Below are positions 59,342 to 64,000 of a stretch of DNA of 64,000 nt, piece by piece (position 1 is the stretch's first letter; every line of letters starts with the position of its first letter). The stretch comes from Scenedesmus sp. PABB004 (taxonomy: Eukaryota): assembly GCA_014905635.1 (NCBI GenBank), contig JABVCE010000043.1:1-64000 (forward strand), read 5' to 3'. The position numbers were made by a program, and so were the translations under genes. The notes under the pieces were generated by a model. That model worked only from the letters and a program-made list of their open reading frames with translations. It did not search any database and had not been told where the DNA came from.

Positions 59342-61306
59342 TCACTCCTGCATGCCGTCGCCGCCGGGCGGCGCATAGAGGCGCAGGTTGTGGTCCCCCG
59401 CGCCCACGAGCAGGCTGCGCGCGCCGGGGCCCCACGCCAGGCTGAGCGCGCCCTTCTTGGGCAGGCCCGGCAGCGTCGCGAGGGCGGGCCAGTCGCCCTT
59501 GGCGCCGTACACGCGCACGTCGGCGCCGCCGACGGCCAGGAACTGGCTGCTGAAGTCGTACGCCGCCGCGCGCGTCACCGGCTCGTCGTACGGCCGCAGC
59601 TCCCTGCAGCGGGGAGCGGCCGGAGTGGCGGGCGGGCACGCGCGGGGCGTGGGCACGGGCCGGGCGGCGGCGGCGGTGGCGCGCGCCAGCGCGCCTGCGC
59701 CCCGCGCGCGCGGGTGGCCCTCCGCCCCTCCCACCCCGCCCCGCGCGGCGCAGGGCCGCGCCCACCTGAAGGCCCGCATCTTGCGCAGGTCCCACAGGCT
59801 GACGCCGCCGGGCGCGACCGCGGCGACGTGGTAGCCGTTCTCGCTGAACGCAAAGCCGCTCGGCACGCCGCCGACGTCAAAGCCCGTGACCGCGGCCTGG
59901 CTGCGCATCTCCCACACCGTGGCCTTGGCGGCGTCGTCACCGGTGATGAGCAGCAGGCCGTCCGGGTGGAACGCGGTGCTCGTGTAGGGCTGCCCGCCGC
60001 CGACCTGCTTCAGCGCGGCCGCCGCCCCGACGTCCCACCACGCCCAGCTGCCGTCCTCGCTCGCGCTCACCACGTACGCGCGGCTCGGGTGCGCGCTCAG
60101 GCCGCGCACGTCGCCCGCGTGGTCGGTGCCCACGCCCGCGCAGGCCCAGCCGTCCTCGGCCTCGCGCCAGAAGCGCACCGTCTTGTCGGCCGACGCGCTC
60201 ACGAGGCACCCGCCCGCGCCCCACACCGCCGCGTTCACGCGCTTGCCGTGCCCCGCCAGGCTCGCGAGCTGGCGGCGCGACGCGACGTCAAACAGCTGCA
60301 CGCTGCCGTCCGCGCCGCAGCTCGCCACGACATCGGGCTGCGCGGCCGCGGCGCGGGCGGCGGCGGGCGCGGGCGTCGGCCGGCGCGCGGCGCGGCACGC
60401 GGCGCGGCCCCGCAGCGGGCGCGGCCAGCGGCCAGCGGCCAGCGGTCCCCCAGCGCGGCGCGGCGCGCGGCGCGCGCCTGGTCCGGGTTGAGCGCGAGGC
60501 AGGTGACGCCGGGCTGCGTGGTCTTGTGCAGCGGGAAGCTGCCGGCCAGGGTGAAGCGGCCGACGTCGTCGGCGCTCGCGGTGCCGGGCGGCACGGGGCG
60601 CTTGCGCCGCCCGCTCGACAGCGCGGCGTTGGTCTGCGGCGGCGCGCGGGCGCGGGCGCGGTGAGCCAACCACGCCGGCGCGGGCGGGCGCGCGCCGCCT
60701 GCGCGCGCGCGACCGCGCCCGCGCCGCCGCGCCGTGGTCCCTCTCCCTCTCCCCCTCCCCTCCCGCGCTCACCTCGTCCAGCACCGCGATCACGTCCGGC
60801 CCGAGCGCGTCGGCCTTGCTGCGCTTGGCCTCGCCGCCGGGCTCGCCGTCGGCGCCGCGCTTGCGCGCGTCCGCGGCCGCCATCTCAGCCGCCATGTCCT
60901 CGCGCAGCGTCGCGAGCGCGGCGCGCGCCTCGTCGCGCTCGCGCATGAGGCGCGCGATCACGCGGCACGCAGCGTCGTGCTGGTACAGCGCGTGGCTCAG
61001 CTCCTGCCGCGTGCTGTGCAGGCTGCTGCGCAGGCTGTGGTGCTCCAGCATGAGCGCGTCCCACTCGTCGTGGAACATGCCCAGCAGCCCGGGTATGCTC
61101 GTCGCGGCGGCGCTGCGGGGCTTGACGTTCTTGGCCGCCGCGAGCGGCAGCAGGTCGGCGGGGCCGAGCTCCGCGCCCGTGATCGGGCACTTGCCCGTCT
61201 CGGCGACGTACTTGTTGATCAGGGCCGCCTCAAACACGTGCCCGCTCTTCACGCTCACCACGGGCGACTCGGGCACGCCGCCCGAGATCGCGCAGAGCAT
61301 CGCCAT
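59342..61306 (-). CDS. PRP19: Pre-mRNA processing factor 19 (U-box, coiled coil, WD40)
   Basis: MLCAISG..PVVS.KSGHVFE..LI.KY...GKCPITG; SIPGLLGMFHDEWDALMLE; RQELSHALYQHDAACRVIARL; WD40 repeats; TGTAA at 59124-59128 (-). Confidence 0.96.
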   Translation of the reverse strand: MAMLCAISGGVPESPVVSVKSGHVFEAALINKYVAETGKCPITGAELGPADLLPLAAAKNVKPRSAAATSIPGLLGMFHDEWDALMLEHHSLRSSLHSTRQELSHALYQHDAACRVIARLMRERDEARAALATLREDMAAEMAAADARKRGADGEPGGEAKRSKADALGPDVIAVLDEVSAGGEGERERDHGAAARARSRARRRRAPARAGVVGSPRPRPRAAADQRRAVERAAQAPRAARHRERRRRRPLHPGRQLPAAQDHAARRHLPRAQPGPGARRAPRRAGGPLAAGRWPRPLRGRAACRAARRPTPAPAAARAAAAQPDVVASCGADGSVQLFDVASRRQLASLAGHGKRVNAAVWGAGGCLVSASADKTVRFWREAEDGWACAGVGTDHAGDVRGLSAHPSRAYVVSASEDGSWAWWDVGAAAALKQVGGGQPYTSTAFHPDGLLLITGDDAAKATVWEMRSQAAVTGFDVGGVPSGFAFSENGYHVAAVAPGGVSLWDLRKMRAFRWARPCAARGGVGGAEGHPRARGAGALARATAAAARPVPTPRACPPATPAAPRCRELRPYDEPVTRAAAYDFSSQFLAVGGADVRVYGAKGDWPALATLPGLPKKGALSLAWGPGARSLLVGAGDHNLRLYAPPGGDGMQE

Positions 61307-62056
61307 GCTGCGCCGCTGCCGCTGTCACGCGGCGCGCGGCGTCGGGTGCGCCGGCCGGGCGCTGCTGCTGCTGCGGCTGCTGCTGCTGGCCGCCCGCGCG
61401 ACGCGGCGGGGTGCCGCGCCCGCTGCTGCTGCGCGGAGGGCGGGGGCTGCTGCGGCGCCTGCGCGTGGCGCGCGCGGCAGCGGCAGCAGCGGCGGCGGCA
61501 GCAAGGGCGGTGAGGCGCGGGCGCCGCGGCGCGGCCGCGGCGCGTTGCGGCGCGGCGCGCCCTGATCTGGCCGCCCCGGCGCCCCCGCAAGCCGGTCGCC
61601 CGCCGCCGCGGCCGGGGGCCCCGCGACCGCGCGGCAGAGCGCGCCCGCAGCCGGGCGCCAGCGAGCGCGCACCGCGGCCGCACGAGCTGCTGCCGCCTGC
61701 CGCCTTGCCGGGTGCGTGGCGGCGGGGTGTCTGCTGCCCTGGGCGGGCGCGGGGCGGGCGCCGAGCGGCCGGCGCGCGGGGCGGGGACTGATTGCGGGCG
61801 CCCGCGGTGCTGGTGGTCCGGTGGCGCGCGGCCGATGCCGGCGGGCGTGTGTCGACGCGGTCGGGCTCCGCTCAGCCCCGGCGCTGCAGGGCGCCAAAAA
61901 CCGGCGGGGGAGGCGGGGAGGCGGGGAACAGCGGCGGGGTGCCCTGCTGCGCAGCAGGCACCGCCCAGACGTCGCCGATCGCCGTCCCGACCACACCGCT
62001 GTCCACCCACACACGCGCCAGCCCTCGCGCGCGCCAGCAGCGGCGCTCGGCCGGAA

Positions 62057-63842
62057 TGGCGAGCCTGGCCAACGCGGCCCTGCCGTCGTCCGACGAGGAG
62101 GACGACGACTACGACCCCGGCAAGGACCCCACCGGCGAGCGCGAGCCGGGCGGCACCCGGCGCGGCGGCGGCGACGGCGCGGCGGCAGCAGCGGGCGGCG
62201 CCGACGGCGCAGGCGCCGGCGCGCCGCCGCGCGCCGCGTCGCCGGGGCCTGCCGGTGAGGCGGAGCTGACGCCGGCGGCGGCGGCCAGGAAGGCGCGCGC
62301 GGCGGCGCTGTTTGACGCGCTGCACGCGCGCGCGACGGGCTCGGCCAACAAGCTCAGCCGCTCCACCATCAGCCTCGCCAGCCTCTGCACCAACGCCGAC
62401 CCCAAGCGCAAGCGCGACACCGACGTGGTGCGCCGGCGCCGGGGGCGCCGCGGGGCGCGGGCGGGGCGCGGGCGGGGCGATGGTGGGGCGCGGGGGCGCT
62501 CGGCCGCGACAGCCGCCGGCGCTGCAACGCTGCCGACGGCCCGCGCCCGGCCGCCCGTCCCCGCCTGCCCACCCTGTTCGCGCGCGGCAGCTGTGGATGC
62601 GCAACCTGGGCATCACGCCCGGCGGCGCGCGGGCGAAGCAGCAGCGGCGCGGCGACGCGCCGCCGGCGGTGGCTGCGGGCGGCGACGCGGGGCAGCAGCA
62701 GGCGCAGCAGGCGCAGCAGGGGCAGCGGGACGAGCAGGCGCAGGAGCAGGGCCAGCAGCAGGACCAGCAGGACCAGCAGGACCAGCAGGAGCAGCAGCAG
62801 GAGCAGCAGCAGGGCCAGCCGGGCGCGGCGCGCGCGCCCGCGCCTGGCGGGCTGCGCGCCGCGGCGGCCGCCGCGCTCGCTGCGGCCAAGGAGGCCGCGG
62901 CGGGGGGCGTGGGGTCGAGCTACAGGCAGGTGACCATCAAGGAGACGCGGCGCTTCGCGGGACAGGACATAGAGGTGCGTGCCGCCGCGGCCACCCGCCC
63001 GGGGGTGCAGGCGGAGAAGGGGCACAGCGCCGCGCGCGCCGCCGCCCGCCGGCCGGGGCGCCGACCGGTGGCCGCGCCGCCGCCGCCGCCGCCGCCGCCG
63101 CGGCAGGTGGAGGTGAAGGTCGACCGCGACTCGCGCGAGGCGCAGCGCGCGGCGGCGCGGCGCGCGGCGTCGTCGCGCGGGCTGGACGCGTTCCTGCAAG
63201 GCATTGAGGCCAAGAAGAAGGCGCGTGTGGCACGCAGGGGGCGGGGCAGGGGCGGGGGCAGGGGCGGGGGCAGGGGCGGGGGCAGGGGCGGGGGCAGGGG
63301 CGGGGGCCCGCGCGGCCACGGGGGTGGCGAGCGAGAGGGGGGAGGGGGTGGCTTGGCCGCGCCCGCGGCCGCGCGCCGCGCCCAGCGCGCGCACGGCCGC
63401 CGCCGCCGCCCTGCCCCCCCCCCCCCCCCCCCGCACCCCATCAACCGCAGGTGACGGTGCTGGACAAGTCCAAGATGGACTGGGCGGGCTTCAAGGCGTC
63501 CGACAAGGGCGTGCAGGAGGAGCTCGAGGCGCACCGCCGCAGCGACAAGCAGTACCTCGACAAGCAGGCGCGGAGCACGCACGCACAGCACGCACAGCAC
63601 AGCACGGGGGCAGCGCGCGGCGGGGCAGCGCGGGGCAGCGCGGGCACACGCGTGCTGTGCCGCGCGGCGGGGCGTGCGGGGCAAAGACGCCGGCGCGGCG
63701 GGTGCCTCGGCCGCGGCCAACGTGCGCGCCCCCGCGTGCGCGCCGCGCGCAGGACTTTCTCAAGCGCGCCGAGCTGGCCGAGTACGAGGCGGAGCGCGAC
63801 AAGCGCCTCGCCTCGGACGTCCGCCTGCGCGGCCGGCTGTGA
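62057..63842 (+). CDS. SWC5: SWR1-complex subunit Swc5/CFDP1 (BCNT-C domain), multi-exon
   Basis: SSDEEDDDYDP N-terminus; ETRRFAGQDIEV; GLDAFL..KKKVTVLDKSKMDWAGFK..EELEAH..YLDKQDFLKRA..EYE.ERD. Confidence 0.92.
63237..63307 (+). repeat. G-rich tandem repeat (ggggcgggggca)n in an intron; G-quadruplex-prone
   Basis: About 5-6 copies of a 12-bp unit seen directly. Confidence 0.8.
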
Positions 63843-64000
63843 GCGGCGCGCCCGGCGGCGGCGGCGGGAGGGCGACGGCGCCGGCTCGAGCTGCTGCTGC
63901 GCGGGCCGGGCTGCGGGCGAGGGCGGCGGCGGCGAGCGGCGGCGGCAGGGTCGGTCGGCAGCGCGGCGCGGCGAACCAAGTGTGACGCCGAGTGTGCCCC

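Noticed and set aside
44553..63842. Functional cluster of nuclear regulators (Myb, HDAC-fold, bZIP, PRP19, SWC5)
   Set aside because: No shared pathway; the deacylase looks organellar; adjacency is expected in a compact genome.

Overview
Eukaryotic nuclear DNA, extremely GC-rich (roughly 78-80% by eye), gene-dense and full of short introns, with TGTAA poly(A) signals. These traits fit a chlorophyte green alga, probably Sphaeropleales (inference). Most long ORFs in the supplied track are GC artefacts, so genes were rebuilt by hand across introns and exon boundaries are approximate. About 26 genes are supported: plastid-type RimO, an apparent MtnA-MtnK methionine-salvage fusion, a ULP/SENP SUMO protease, a 2OG-Fe(II) oxygenase-like protein, a DUF2061 protein, a TKL-like kinase, a large coiled-coil/TULIP-like protein, a LYR protein, a TPR+CS protein, two atypical bZIPs, a retropepsin-like protein, an amino-acid transporter, an FMO, a Reb1/DMTF1-like Myb, an HDAC-fold deacylase, UMP1, DUF1232, two tandem ~50-aa CCCH microproteins, a multi-Kazal secreted protein, PRP19 and SWC5/BCNT. 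The main observations are: (1) a ~420-bp upstream+5'UTR+transit-peptide module shared by two unrelated genes 22 kb apart; (2) the MtnA-MtnK fusion lying head-to-head with a radical-SAM enzyme; (3) very frequent GC-AG introns; (4) duplicated zinc-finger microproteins whose upstream DNA is better conserved than their coding DNA; (5) a 3'UTR inverted copy of a gene's own last splice acceptor; (6) a 16-bp inter-ORF gap that may indicate a bicistronic locus. No rRNA, tRNA, CRISPR array or recognisable transposon was found.
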